Below, one piece after another: positions 10,187-20,071 of a stretch of 64,000 bases of DNA (the stretch's first letter is position 1; each line of letters begins with the position of its first letter). The notes beneath the pieces were generated by a model. The model searched no databases. It was not told the origin of the DNA and saw only the letters and a list, made by a program, of their open reading frames with translations. The DNA is from Eubacteriales bacterium (GTDB taxonomy: Bacteria; Bacillota; Clostridia; Oscillospirales; CAG-272): positions 10,546-74,545 of the forward strand of contig JAZOPN010000062.1 in NCBI GenBank assembly GCA_045655565.1, given 5' to 3'. A program made the position numbers and the translations under genes.

Positions 10187-10350
10187 TAAAGCAAACTTGA
10201 CTGAAACTCTACTCATTTTTGTATAAAGCGTCGCGAGGTGCAGATGCCCACAATCTTGTTAGTGTAAAAGCCCTAAAATACCGGTATCATCTCCCCTTTC
10301 TGTATAAAAACACCTCCCTCGGTTCAAAATACCAAAGGGAGGATAAAGAA

Positions 10351-10539
10351 ATGTTTTTTAAGAAAAAAGAACCAAGAGGGTGGCATCCGTGCTTAGTTAT
10401 CGCAATAGGTGCGCTTACTGTGGTGGGTGCTGTCAGTGTAGCAAATAATGCCAAAAGTCTTATAATGAAGGCAAAGGATAAAATGATGTCCGTCTTCTCT
10501 TCCTCTACCTCCGGGTGTGAGTTTGGAGAGGAAAACTAA
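10351..10539 (+). CDS. Small single-TM membrane protein (62 aa)
   Basis: The ATG at 10351 lies 7 nt after AAGGGAGGA. The sequence is MFFKKKEPRGWHPCLVIAIGALTVVGAVSV... The longer 106-aa track ORF has no RBS at its start. Confidence 0.4.
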   Translation: MFFKKKEPRGWHPCLVIAIGALTVVGAVSVANNAKSLIMKAKDKMMSVFSSSTSGCEFGEEN

Positions 10540-10562
10540 ACTACCAAGTTTTTGAGGCTAAA

Positions 10563-11339
10563 ATGACTATAAAGGCTTATGAGCGCAGTGTGCGCTCCGA
10601 CATCTGTGAGAGGATGCTGACCAGGTGTCCTCTCACAAGAAGATTTGAAAGGATAATTATTCTTCCCATACCGACATCGAGAGATGGTGTGCATATCGGT
10701 GGCTCGGATGTGACGGTTTTTGAGGCTGTCGCGGGCGCAGATGCTAGCACTCTTGTTGTTGGATATGGCATACCGCAGAATGTGCGTGATGAGTTGCATC
10801 TTGTGGGTAGCGTTGTTTGTGACAGTCTATATGACGAGGAGTTCCTCTTGGAGAATGCGGTGTTGACCGCCCTCGGCACTCTCGGCGTTATTCTCACCAC
10901 GGAGACGCGCTCTCCCTCGGATATGAAAATAGGTATAGTAGGCTATGGCAGGATAGGTAAGCAGCTGACGCGTATGCTTATGTATCTCGGGTCACAAATC
11001 ACGGTGTTTACCTCTCGTGAGGGCGTGCGCCTTGAGCTATGCGAGTGCGGCGTTGAGGCGAAGATGAGCCTCGCAGATACCGAGCTTGGCTCGCTTGACC
11101 TACTTATAAATACTGCGCCCGCACAGATATTTGATACCACAGAGGGGGGGATGTTTCCGTCCTCGCTGCGCGTTATAGATTTGGCGTCGGGGGTTAATTT
11201 CCCGGGTATTGGCACTGTCGAGAAATATCCGTCACTGCCTGCCAGGCGTTTTCCGCATAGCGCGGGGCATGTGTGGTTTAACTCGGTAAGACGCTATCTC
11301 TTGGGTGGTGAAAACTTTATATCGGAGGCTCTAAAATGA
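10563..11339 (+). CDS. dpaA: Dipicolinate synthase subunit A (SpoVFA-like)
   Basis: It has a Rossmann motif KIGIVGYGRIGKQL, is about 260 aa, and overlaps the unmistakable dpaB by 4 nt. Confidence 0.75.
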   Translation: MTIKAYERSVRSDICERMLTRCPLTRRFERIIILPIPTSRDGVHIGGSDVTVFEAVAGADASTLVVGYGIPQNVRDELHLVGSVVCDSLYDEEFLLENAVLTALGTLGVILTTETRSPSDMKIGIVGYGRIGKQLTRMLMYLGSQITVFTSREGVRLELCECGVEAKMSLADTELGSLDLLINTAPAQIFDTTEGGMFPSSLRVIDLASGVNFPGIGTVEKYPSLPARRFPHSAGHVWFNSVRRYLLGGENFISEALK

Positions 11340-11932
11340 GATTTAAGAAGATTGGCTATTGTATAACCGCCTCGCATTGCACCTTTTCACATAGCCTTAA
11401 GGCGCTGATGGGGCTTATTAATATGGGGTATGAGGTTGTGCCTATTATGAGCGAGAATGCCTATTATACCGACACGCGCTTCATCCCTGCCGAGGAATTT
11501 TCAAGACAGGTCGAGGAGGTGTGTGGCAGGAGCGTTATACATACCATAAAGGATGCCGAGCCACTAGGGCCAAAAGAGCCGCTCGATCTCCTTGTTGTTG
11601 CGCCTTGCACAGGCAACACCCTAGCCAAGATGACGGCAGGGATTACCGACACAGCCGCCACAATGGCGATAAAGGCGCATCTGCGCGCCGATCGCCCTAC
11701 CCTGCTTGCAATAGCGACAAATGATGCGATGTCATCAAACCTCGCTAACATCTCAAGGGCACTAATGCGCAAGTCGGTGTATCTTGTCCCGATGCGCCAG
11801 GATGACACCGTGGGCAAACCGCATTCGCTTGTTGCCGACTTTCGCCTGATACCCGAATGTGTAAAAAGGATTGAGGACTTCTCCCCCCTCGCCACAGCAC
11901 AGATGCGCCCACTATTTCTTCTCAGTGAGTAG
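11336..11932 (+). CDS. dpaB: Dipicolinate synthase subunit B (SpoVFB, flavoprotein)
   Basis: SpoVFB-typical blocks are present: IGYCITASHCTF, LLVVAPCTGNTLAKMTAGITDT, TNDAMSSNLANI and GKPHSLVADF. Confidence 0.85.
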   Translation: MRFKKIGYCITASHCTFSHSLKALMGLINMGYEVVPIMSENAYYTDTRFIPAEEFSRQVEEVCGRSVIHTIKDAEPLGPKEPLDLLVVAPCTGNTLAKMTAGITDTAATMAIKAHLRADRPTLLAIATNDAMSSNLANISRALMRKSVYLVPMRQDDTVGKPHSLVADFRLIPECVKRIEDFSPLATAQMRPLFLLSE

Positions 11933-12107
11933 CCGGCTTCGTTGGGCTAGACATAGAGTGCGCTCACCGGTTCTCCTGTGCGAGTAGACCACCTCGTTGG
12001 GTAAAGCGTAGTTAGGCGTGCTGACAACCCTAGCGCAAGTAGCGCGCCGATGGGTGCGAGCTTCTATATTAATTGTATAGCCGATGGAATACCATCGGCT
12101 AATTATA

Positions 12108-12136
12108 TTGACATTTAACCTCGAATTTGCTACAAT
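12108..12136 (+). promoter_or_regulatory. Strong sigma-A-type promoter
   Basis: TTGACA (12108-12113), a 17-nt spacer, then TACAAT (12131-12136), 38 nt upstream of the ATG at 12174. It is preceded by a 10-bp hairpin TAGCCGATGG/CCATCGGCTA at 12078-12101. Confidence 0.7.
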
Positions 12137-12173
12137 GAAATAGTAAAATTGTAAAGATTAGCAGAGGTATGAT

Positions 12174-14219
12174 ATGAGAAGAGGGGATGCGCTGCCGGAG
12201 CTGCTTGCTCCCGCGGGGGATATGGAATGCCTAGTTGCCGCGGTGCGCGCAGGTGCTGATGCCGTTTATGTTGGCGGCAAGCTGTATAGTGCGCGTGCAT
12301 ATGCCAAGAATTTCGATATAGAGGAACTAACCCGTGCGGTTGCATACTGCCATTTACATGGCGTCAGGCTCTATGTTACGCTTAATACACTGCTTTATGA
12401 CACCGAGATCGCCCCTGCGGTGGATTTTGCGCGCGAGCTTTACAGAATTGGCGTGGATGCCCTCATCATTGCAGATCTCGGACTTATAAAGCTATTAAGA
12501 GAGGTGCTTCCCGACCTCGAGCTGCATGGCTCAACACAGATGTCGGTTCACAATTCGCTCGGTGCCGACACTGCCGCGTCGCTCGGTGTCAGTCGTATCG
12601 TTTTGGCCCGTGAGTTAAGCGGCGAGAATATCCGTCGTGTTACAGAGACGTGCAGTATTGAGTGCGAGGTTTTTCTACACGGTGCGCTCTGCGTATCGCA
12701 CTCCGGGCAGTGCCTATTTTCCTCGATGGTCGGTGGCAGAAGCGGTAATCGTGGCGAGTGCGCACAGCCCTGCCGTCTGCCATACTGTGGCGATAAATAT
12801 CCGCTTTCTCTACGCGATATGTCGCTCGCTCACCATATAAATGAGCTTATTGATAGCGGTGTAGCATCCTTGAAAATTGAGGGGCGTATGAAGTCGGCGG
12901 ACTATGTATACATCGTCACATCGACCTATCGCCGTCTGCTCGATCAGCACAGGTCATCTAATAGGCGTGAGGACGAGGCACTCGCTCGCATATTCTCGCG
13001 TGGTGGCTTTACCGACGGTTATTTCCGCGGGCTGTTGGAAAACGGTATGACGGGAATAAGGAGCGAGGCAGATAAGGAAGCAAGTCGTGGTAGTGAGCTT
13101 GGCACATATACCCCCGACCGCATATCCGTGCGCGCCGAGGTTGAGCTTTGCCTCGACAAGCCCTCGAAAATGACCATTATGCCAAAGGATGAGAGCTTGT
13201 CGCAGGGTGCCGTTACGGTGTATGGTGATGTGCCCGATGTTGCTAGGAATGCCCCACTCTCACGAGAGACGGTGCTCACAAGGCTTGCCAAGATGGGCAA
13301 CACATATCTATCCCTCGACCCACTTGACATAGATCTGCATCTCGATGATGGGATTAACCTCTCGCCGGGTGCGATTAACGCGCTAAGAAGAAGTGCTGCG
13401 CTCGCTTATGAGGTAAGAGAACGCGCCGTTTCAGACTATACCCTACCACCCGTGTCGAGTTTCCCACCTAAAAATGGCTATAAACGCACCGCAATGGTGT
13501 ATAATGTCGATGCGCTCAATCGCTCGAGGCGTGCTACCGATTACTTTGATAAGATATTTATACCGCTCTGTATGCTTAATGAGTGCGTTATTCCGAGTGT
13601 AGGCGTAGCACTACCGCCTGTGATTATGGAGGACGAGATTGCCATAGTCTCTGATATGCTTGCCTCGGCTAAGGCTCGTGGTGTAACCGATGTCCTAGTG
13701 GGAAATCTGGGACATATTCCGCTCTCTAAGCAATACGGCTTTAATATCTCCCTAGACTTCAGACTAAATGTATGCAATTCCTATGCTTGCGAGTTGCTTT
13801 ATAACCTATGCGAAGCTATTCCTATGCTCTCGCCCGAGTTAAATATGCGCGATGCAGAGGCTATCGACGGACGAGAGATTATATACGGTAGAATTCCCCT
13901 GATGCTAACCGAGAGGTGCTTCATCAAGGGGAACTTCGGATGCAAGAATTGTGGTAAAACCGCCCTTACCGATAGGAGAGGCTACTCATTCCCCATTATG
14001 CGAGAGTGGCAACACCGAAATGTAATATTCAACTCTGCGGTGACCTATATCGGCGACAGTAAAAGGGATGTTAAAAGGTTTAATTATACCCACTTTATAT
14101 TCTCCTTGGAGAGTGAAAAAGAAATGGATGATGTTATATCCGCCTATGAAAACTCGCTCTCGCTTCCACTTGATGCCCCTATGCGTAGGATAGGAAAAAG
14201 AGAGGCGAAAAAGCCTTAA
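12174..14219 (+). CDS. Peptidase U32 family protein
   Basis: The N-terminus LLAPAGDMECLVAAVRAGADAVYVGG and the U32 signature EVFLHGALCVSHSGQC are present. Confidence 0.85.
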   Translation: MRRGDALPELLAPAGDMECLVAAVRAGADAVYVGGKLYSARAYAKNFDIEELTRAVAYCHLHGVRLYVTLNTLLYDTEIAPAVDFARELYRIGVDALIIADLGLIKLLREVLPDLELHGSTQMSVHNSLGADTAASLGVSRIVLARELSGENIRRVTETCSIECEVFLHGALCVSHSGQCLFSSMVGGRSGNRGECAQPCRLPYCGDKYPLSLRDMSLAHHINELIDSGVASLKIEGRMKSADYVYIVTSTYRRLLDQHRSSNRREDEALARIFSRGGFTDGYFRGLLENGMTGIRSEADKEASRGSELGTYTPDRISVRAEVELCLDKPSKMTIMPKDESLSQGAVTVYGDVPDVARNAPLSRETVLTRLAKMGNTYLSLDPLDIDLHLDDGINLSPGAINALRRSAALAYEVRERAVSDYTLPPVSSFPPKNGYKRTAMVYNVDALNRSRRATDYFDKIFIPLCMLNECVIPSVGVALPPVIMEDEIAIVSDMLASAKARGVTDVLVGNLGHIPLSKQYGFNISLDFRLNVCNSYACELLYNLCEAIPMLSPELNMRDAEAIDGREIIYGRIPLMLTERCFIKGNFGCKNCGKTALTDRRGYSFPIMREWQHRNVIFNSAVTYIGDSKRDVKRFNYTHFIFSLESEKEMDDVISAYENSLSLPLDAPMRRIGKREAKKP

Positions 14220-14365
14220 AATGTAAAAAACAGTTTGCATAACCAATGTTTTTTCATTAGTTGGAATTATTAATCATAACACACCTGCGTTTTTATGTCA
14301 TTAAGCGGAGATGTTTTGTTAAAAAATCTCCCCCATTCTTTTGCTAATCTTCATTTTTATCATTT

Positions 14366-14411
14366 AAGCGGTTGATGTTTTTAGCTTTTGACCGCTTTTC
14401 TTGTTGTTTTT
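14366..14411 (+). terminator. Putative intrinsic terminator
   Basis: Stem AAGCGGT (14366-14372) / ACCGCTT (14391-14397) with an 18-nt loop, followed by a TTTCTTGTTGTTTTT tail. The large loop lowers confidence. Confidence 0.45.
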
Positions 14412-14462
14412 GTATATTTTTCCCTATAACGTGGAAAAATGCACTAAAAAGAGGTGGGGAAA

Positions 14463-15875
14463 ATGAGACTGTCAGAAAGATATATTGATAATGTTGTGAA
14501 AATACGCGAGGCGCTCTGTGTTGATAAGAACTTTGACTCTATTGAGCGCCACCTCACGGTCGGTGGGCGCGAGTTGACTATGTTTTATATTGACGGCTTC
14601 GTTAAGGATGCCGAGCTTCAGCGCATAATGCAACAATTTCTTTCTAAAAACGAACTCGGCACAGCCGAGGATGTAATACGTACAATGCCTTATGTTGAGG
14701 TCGATAGGGTTGATGATATCGACAGGGTTGTAACCGCCGTTTTGTCCGGTCAGACAGCAATTCTTGCTGATAGTTTTTCGTCCGAGGCGGTGCTGGTGGA
14801 TGCGAGGACATATCCTGCGCGGTCTGTCGCAGAGCCTGACTCTGATAGGGTTATGCAGGGCGCGCGTGATGGATTTGTTGAGACACTTGTCATGAATACC
14901 GCGCTTATCAGGCGCAGAATACGCGACCCGAGACTACGCGTAGAGCATATGACGATAGGCTCATCCTCTCGTACAGATATAGCGGTCTGCTATATGGATG
15001 GGGTTGCCGATAATAAGCTTGTTTCCGATATAAAATCACGGCTTAGCTCAATTCGCCCGAAGTCCTTGACCCTCGGTTATCAGTCGCTTGCAGAGAGTTT
15101 AATTAGACAAGGATGGGGAAATCCGTTTCCCAAAATACGCACAACAGAGCGTCCCGACACCGCCTCGGCACAGATTATGGAGGGGTCGGTGATAGTGATA
15201 TGCGACACCTCACCCCAGGCTATGATACTGCCGACCTCTATCTTCGACTATCTTCAGCAGACCGATGACTACTACTTCCCGCCTCTGACAGGCACATATC
15301 TTAGGATTGTACGCACTGTTATACTGCTCCTTTCTATGGTGGTGACACCCTTATGGTATCTAGCGGTAGAAAACTCGGCGATACTGCCCCCTGCCCTCGC
15401 CTTTCTTGTTCCCGACGAGCCGGGTGCGCTACCGATTATTATGCAACTTTTGCTTGTCGAGGTGGCGATAGACGGACTTAAGATAGCCTCGATGAATACA
15501 CCGGATATGCTATCCAACTCACTATCCGTCATAGGCGCTCTAATTCTTGGTGATTTTGCCGTTTCTGTCGGCTGGGTGTGCGAGGATGTCATACTGTATA
15601 TGGCATTTGTCGCCCTAGCCAACTTCGCACAACAGAATGCCGAGTTAGGCTACGCTATAAAATTCGTCAGAGTGTTAACGCTCCTGTTTGTGTTCGGCTT
15701 TGGCGCGTGGGGGCTGCTGCTTGGGTCTGTGCTGTTCATACTGCTGGTAGCCACCAATCGCTCGGTAACCGGGAAATATCACTACCTCTATCCGCTTATC
15801 CCCTTTGATGCTCGCGCTATGGGACGTCTCATATTCAGAAAGAAAAAAGAGGACTTCGAGCCTGACGCAAAATAA
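14463..15875 (+). CDS. Spore germination protein, GerA family (SpoVAF-like)
   Basis: The sequence ...HLTVGGRELTMFYIDGFVKDAELQRIM... plus a C-terminal multi-TM region is the GerAA/SpoVAF architecture. I prefer the ATG at 14463 (after AGAGGTGG) to the GTG at 14454. Confidence 0.75.
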   Translation: MRLSERYIDNVVKIREALCVDKNFDSIERHLTVGGRELTMFYIDGFVKDAELQRIMQQFLSKNELGTAEDVIRTMPYVEVDRVDDIDRVVTAVLSGQTAILADSFSSEAVLVDARTYPARSVAEPDSDRVMQGARDGFVETLVMNTALIRRRIRDPRLRVEHMTIGSSSRTDIAVCYMDGVADNKLVSDIKSRLSSIRPKSLTLGYQSLAESLIRQGWGNPFPKIRTTERPDTASAQIMEGSVIVICDTSPQAMILPTSIFDYLQQTDDYYFPPLTGTYLRIVRTVILLLSMVVTPLWYLAVENSAILPPALAFLVPDEPGALPIIMQLLLVEVAIDGLKIASMNTPDMLSNSLSVIGALILGDFAVSVGWVCEDVILYMAFVALANFAQQNAELGYAIKFVRVLTLLFVFGFGAWGLLLGSVLFILLVATNRSVTGKYHYLYPLIPFDARAMGRLIFRKKKEDFEPDAK

Positions 15876-15907
15876 AATTAAAAACCTAGTATGGGGTAAG
15901 ACCTATA

Positions 15908-15936
15908 TGGCGGATGGGTATTGCCCACCGCCTTTT
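15908..15936 (+). terminator. Intrinsic terminator
   Basis: Stem GGCGGATGGG / CCCACCGCC with one bulge, followed by TTTTCG. Confidence 0.65.
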
Positions 15937-15964
15937 CGCTATTATAAGTGCCGAATATATCCTA

Positions 15965-16008
15965 TTGCATATAAAATTTATTTGTGATATAATAGTATCA
16001 CAAATAAA
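15965..16008 (+). promoter_or_regulatory. Promoter with an overlapping perfect palindromic operator
   Basis: TTGCAT (15965-15970), a 17-nt spacer, then TATAAT (15988-15993). A 13-bp inverted repeat TTTATTTGTGATA / TATCACAAATAAA (15977-15989 / 15996-16008) straddles the -10 element. Confidence 0.6.
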
Positions 16009-16034
16009 AAACAAATCCTACCTTTGGAGGTTCT

Positions 16035-16727
16035 ATGCGTATACTTGTTGCTGATGATGAAAAGGATATAAGGCGCGTCTTGAAGCTCGTTCTTGAAAAC
16101 GTGGGATACGAGGTCGTTCTGGTAAAGGACGGTGCCGCTGCTATCGAGGCTGTTAAGTCGGATGCCACTATTGATTTATGTGTTATGGATATAATGATGC
16201 CGAGGCTGTCGGGTATTGAGGCGACGACTGAAATTCGTCGTTTTTCCTCTGTGCCCGTCCTTTTTTTGACCGCGCGTTCATTCGACTCGGATAAGGAGAG
16301 CGCATATTCTGCGGGCGGTGACGACTATATCGTCAAGCCATTCTCTACAAAGGAACTATTAATGAAGGTTGATGCTCTGACACGCCGATATAACTCCTAT
16401 GGTGCAAAGGATGCTAAGCTATCCGGCGCCGAGAGGCTTGAGAGCGGTGTTCTCGTGAATGTGGACACGCGCACAGTAGCCAAGAATGGAATAACGCTCG
16501 ATTTGCGTGACAAGGAGATAGATGTGCTTATCTACCTTGTGAAGAATAGGGGCAGGACGGTCTCACCTGAGGAACTCTATGAGGCGGCGTGGGGTGAGAT
16601 ACCGCTACCGTCCTCTAGCAATAATGTGACCGTTCATATACTTAACCTAAGACGCAGGCTTGAGGATAATCCGTCCTCGCCGAAGATAATACGCACCGTA
16701 TGGGGAAAGGGGTATCAGATTGACTAA
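16035..16727 (+). CDS. OmpR-family response regulator
   Basis: The receiver domain shows ILVADDE..., VMDIMMPRLSG and YIVKPF. The C-terminal winged helix shows RTVWGKGYQI. Confidence 0.9.
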   Translation: MRILVADDEKDIRRVLKLVLENVGYEVVLVKDGAAAIEAVKSDATIDLCVMDIMMPRLSGIEATTEIRRFSSVPVLFLTARSFDSDKESAYSAGGDDYIVKPFSTKELLMKVDALTRRYNSYGAKDAKLSGAERLESGVLVNVDTRTVAKNGITLDLRDKEIDVLIYLVKNRGRTVSPEELYEAAWGEIPLPSSSNNVTVHILNLRRRLEDNPSSPKIIRTVWGKGYQID

Positions 16728-18174
16728 GAGAGAAAAGGCACGAGAGAAGCTCCTCTCGCTTAAGACTACGATGGCGCTTACAATCACCTTTGGACTTGTG
16801 TTCGCTGTGCTTGTGTACTTCCTTGTCGAGATGGTCGGTACATACGTAATCAACGAGGTTTACCTATCCGAGGAGAACAGGACAGAGCGCGAGGAATACT
16901 ATGTCGATGCCCTGCAACAGTATGTTGTAGCCAACTCGCTGACAGGCGAGGATGCCGCAGCCTTTGCATCCTGGGCGAGGGGTAACAGATATGTCTATCT
17001 GATGGTATATAAGGATGACCAGCTATTCTTTGACTCGGGTGCCCCCGAGGAGAAGCCACCTGAGCAGTCACCCTCCGACGATAATGTTGAGGGAGGTGAC
17101 ACCACCACAGGGGGAGGTGCTGAAAATGGCGAAAATACAGGCTCCGGTTCCGGTATAACCGTCCGCTTTCCGACGCGAGAGGAGCTTATAGAGTACGCCG
17201 AGGCAAATGACGCACACATTATCAATACTTCTGATGACAAGGTGCTCGTTGTCAATATGGCGGACTACACCGAGTACCTATATTACGATATCATAAATAT
17301 TGCTGCCATAGTGTCAGCTGTTATTGTGCTCTTTATAATAATAATGCTTCGATTTCACGGTGTGACCGAGAGAATTAGCAGGCTTGCCAGGTCGGTGAGC
17401 GTGGTTGCGGACGGTGATATGCAACACTCGGTGGGCATAGAGGGATATGACGAGATTGCTGACCTGTCGCGAAATGTTGAAAATATGCGTACTTCGATAC
17501 TTGAGAGCGTTGAGAGTGAGCGCGCGGTTATGGACGCTAACGCAGAGTTAATAACCTCGATGTCTCACGATATAAGAACGCCTCTAACTGTGCTTCTCGG
17601 CTATCTCGGAATGATGAAAGAGCGCGCCACAGAGGACAGAGTTATGACCGAGTATGTCGGAGCATCCGAGAAGACAGCACTAAGGTTGAAGAAACTCTCG
17701 GATGACCTTTTTGCCTACTTTCTTCTGTTCGGTACGGGTGCTGCGGATGTGAAGATGGAGAGGTATGGCGTGCATATGCTATTCGACCAGATGCTCTCAG
17801 AGTATGTTCTTCTTCTTAGGGAGCAGGGGTATACCGTCGAGTTTGATATAGGCGAGGTCGATGCCGAAATATCCACCGACCCCTCGCAGATGATGCGAAT
17901 ATTTGAAAACCTGATATCAAATATCCTGAAATATGCCGACAAGTCCCACCCCGTGTCAATTATTGCTATGCCGAGTGGTGATAAATTCAGCCTTAGACTT
18001 ACTAATAAAATCAAAGAAAACCGGGATAGTGCCGAGTCTAACGGTATAGGCCTTAAGACCTGTAATAAGCTCTCACAGATGCTCGGTGTAGGCTTCGCTG
18101 CCGAGGAGCACGGGGATATGTTTTTAGTAGAGATTAATTTCGATGTGCAGGCAGCTGATGGGGAGGATATATAA
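16720..18174 (+). CDS. Sensor histidine kinase
   Basis: There are two TM segments, an H-box SHDIRTPLT, an N-box ENLISNILKYA and a G-box NGIGLKTC. It overlaps the regulator gene by 8 nt. Confidence 0.9.
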   Translation: MTKREKAREKLLSLKTTMALTITFGLVFAVLVYFLVEMVGTYVINEVYLSEENRTEREEYYVDALQQYVVANSLTGEDAAAFASWARGNRYVYLMVYKDDQLFFDSGAPEEKPPEQSPSDDNVEGGDTTTGGGAENGENTGSGSGITVRFPTREELIEYAEANDAHIINTSDDKVLVVNMADYTEYLYYDIINIAAIVSAVIVLFIIIMLRFHGVTERISRLARSVSVVADGDMQHSVGIEGYDEIADLSRNVENMRTSILESVESERAVMDANAELITSMSHDIRTPLTVLLGYLGMMKERATEDRVMTEYVGASEKTALRLKKLSDDLFAYFLLFGTGAADVKMERYGVHMLFDQMLSEYVLLLREQGYTVEFDIGEVDAEISTDPSQMMRIFENLISNILKYADKSHPVSIIAMPSGDKFSLRLTNKIKENRDSAESNGIGLKTCNKLSQMLGVGFAAEEHGDMFLVEINFDVQAADGEDI

Positions 18175-19094
18175 TGATTAGTTTTAAGATTCTTAGTGAG
18201 GATAACCTTGATAATCTGTCGTGTGACCTAGGCGAAAGGCTAGGTGACGCGAAATATGTTGGCGAAATACTCTCTTCATTTATGGAGTTGGTTTCGGAGG
18301 GCGTGGAGATTGCTCTCTCGGATGTCACGGGTTGTCTTTTGACGCGCATTTATGATGATGGCAGATACTCATTCGTATATCCCATTCAGGTATGTGAGGA
18401 TGCAAATGTATCCTCGGCACTTATAGCGGTATCCGAGTACACGAGGCGCGAGATGATACCGCTATTCTTTACCGATGCTCCGCGCGATGAACTAGGTCGG
18501 CTGGGTGAAATCTTCCCGCACATCGAGGCTAGGGCGTACGACGAGGACGAGGACGGCTTTGTTGTGTCGGTGCTCTCAGAGTGTGATATGCTGGAGGGTA
18601 TTCCAAACAGCTCGTATGCTCGGATTAGCCTCGGTGAGTTGTTACCCGGTGATGCCGTGTCATACGCGCGCCTATGTCGTGACGAGGAGGTAAACCGCTA
18701 TTGGGGTTATGACTACAAGGAGGATGCACCGTATGCCGATGCAGAGTATTTTGTGCGTGTTGCCGAGGTTGAGTTTAGGCGTGGTATCGCTCTAACTCTC
18801 GCGGTGCGACTTAGCGAGGGTGACGGGTCGCTCATTGGCGAGGCGGTGCTTTTCGACTTTGATTATTTCGGCTCGGCAATGCTTGCTATACGCCTGCTCT
18901 CCGAATACCAGGGGCATGGGCTAGGAAAAGAGGTGTTAATCGCCTCGCTTAACATTGCGAGGAGTATTGGGCTTAAGCGCGTACGAGCGAGAGTAAAACG
19001 CGAGAATATCCCATCTATTAGAATGGCCGAGAGCGCAATGACGCGTCACGCTGACGAGGGCGATGAGGCGGTGTTCTCTGTTTCGCTTGAATAA
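18174..19094 (+). CDS. GNAT-family N-acetyltransferase (C-terminal domain) with an unassigned N-terminal domain
   Basis: The C-terminal block LSEYQGHGLGKEVLIASLNIARSIGLKRVRARVKRENIPSIRMAE resembles the GNAT acetyl-CoA motif. The ATG overlaps the kinase stop by 1 nt. Confidence 0.6.
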   Translation: MISFKILSEDNLDNLSCDLGERLGDAKYVGEILSSFMELVSEGVEIALSDVTGCLLTRIYDDGRYSFVYPIQVCEDANVSSALIAVSEYTRREMIPLFFTDAPRDELGRLGEIFPHIEARAYDEDEDGFVVSVLSECDMLEGIPNSSYARISLGELLPGDAVSYARLCRDEEVNRYWGYDYKEDAPYADAEYFVRVAEVEFRRGIALTLAVRLSEGDGSLIGEAVLFDFDYFGSAMLAIRLLSEYQGHGLGKEVLIASLNIARSIGLKRVRARVKRENIPSIRMAESAMTRHADEGDEAVFSVSLE

Positions 19095-19153
19095 TATCTG
19101 CTTTGACTTTCTACGTCTAATAATTGCCTTTGGGGTTGCCCTCTACAATAAAA

Positions 19154-19188
19154 GGAGCGATTGCATACGCAGTCGCTCCTATATTTTA
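19154..19188. terminator. Bidirectional terminator between convergent genes
   Basis: Stem GGAGCGA (19154-19160) / TCGCTCC (19173-19179), flanked by AATAAAA upstream and TATATTTTAT downstream. Confidence 0.6.
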
Positions 19189-19261
19189 TATAAGCATAGT
19201 AACGTGGCTTGAGCTCACCTATTGTAGGATTGGGCTACATTGGGGGAATATAGATTGTCGC

Positions 19262-20071
19262 CTAGGATATAGTACAGAGCGAGCCCATCCTCTTGTACCC
19301 GACACCGATATAGCAGGCATTTGATGCTGAATAGTCGGCATCGGTGTATAGTACGGGCGACCTGCCACTCGCTTGCGCTAGGCGCGTTACCTCGTATACC
19401 ATTCTGGCAGCGTGACCGAGCCTGCGTTTATTTGGTATGGTGTAAACCGAGCCGATTGCCGCCTGTCCATCGAATAGAGTGAGGGTACAGCACGCCGCGA
19501 CCTCACCCGACTTGTCTATAAGCAGGTAGAAGCAACCGTCATCTATCAGTGACTTTGCCTTTTTGCGGTAAGTCTGCATATTCGTCTTATCTATGCTCGC
19601 CTCGCGGTGAAACTCGTCGATTAACCTCACGACCAAGTCGAGATCGCTCGTAGTGGCTTTGCGCAGATGACTATTTGCACTACGACTTGGCGGGATTGGC
19701 TTATCACAGGTGTATGCGTGCATATTTGCCGATATGGATAGGCTACTACCATCCTGCTCTGCCCGTCTAATAAAGTAATCCGCGTGGACGTACTTTATAT
19801 TGAAGCGGTGTCCCGACGAGAAGCCTAGGTTATCACGCACTATCTCATACGCACGTCCAAGCTCTACCTCGCTCGCGTCATCGGGTAGCCAAACCCAGAC
19901 GGGATAGGGGTGCGCGTAATAGCAGACAATTAGTCTTTTGCCGTCGGTTATCGTGAGTTCGCACTCGCCCCCTAAAATACGCGTCAAGACCGAAAAGCAA
20001 TACTCATCGGCCTTGAGAATTCTTGTATCTATAGGGCAGATACACCCCTCGTATTTTTCCACTTCTTTCAT
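19262..20071 (-). CDS. GNAT-family acetyltransferase
   Basis: The C-terminal block GSVYTIPNKRRLGHAARMVYEVTRLAQASG is Q/RxxGxG/A-like. Confidence 0.6.
   Translation of the reverse strand: MKEVEKYEGCICPIDTRILKADEYCFSVLTRILGGECELTITDGKRLIVCYYAHPYPVWVWLPDDASEVELGRAYEIVRDNLGFSSGHRFNIKYVHADYFIRRAEQDGSSLSISANMHAYTCDKPIPPSRSANSHLRKATTSDLDLVVRLIDEFHREASIDKTNMQTYRKKAKSLIDDGCFYLLIDKSGEVAACCTLTLFDGQAAIGSVYTIPNKRRLGHAARMVYEVTRLAQASGRSPVLYTDADYSASNACYIGVGYKRMGSLCTIS

Noticed and set aside
10219-10350. The N-terminal 44 residues of the 106-aa track ORF.
   Set aside because: There is no RBS at 10219, whereas AAGGGAGGA precedes the internal ATG at 10351 at ideal spacing. The upstream part also overlaps the terminator region of the preceding gene.
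14290-14397. Two ~28-bp direct repeats (TTTTTATGTCATTAAGCGGAGATGTTTT and TTTTTATCATTTAAGCGGTTGATGTTTTT) upstream of the GerA-family gene, as a possible regulatory array.
   Set aside because: Each repeat mainly contributes one arm of a hairpin, and the second hairpin with its T-run looks like the terminator of the upstream U32 gene. I could not fit a sigma-G or sigma-F consensus, so there is not enough to claim more.
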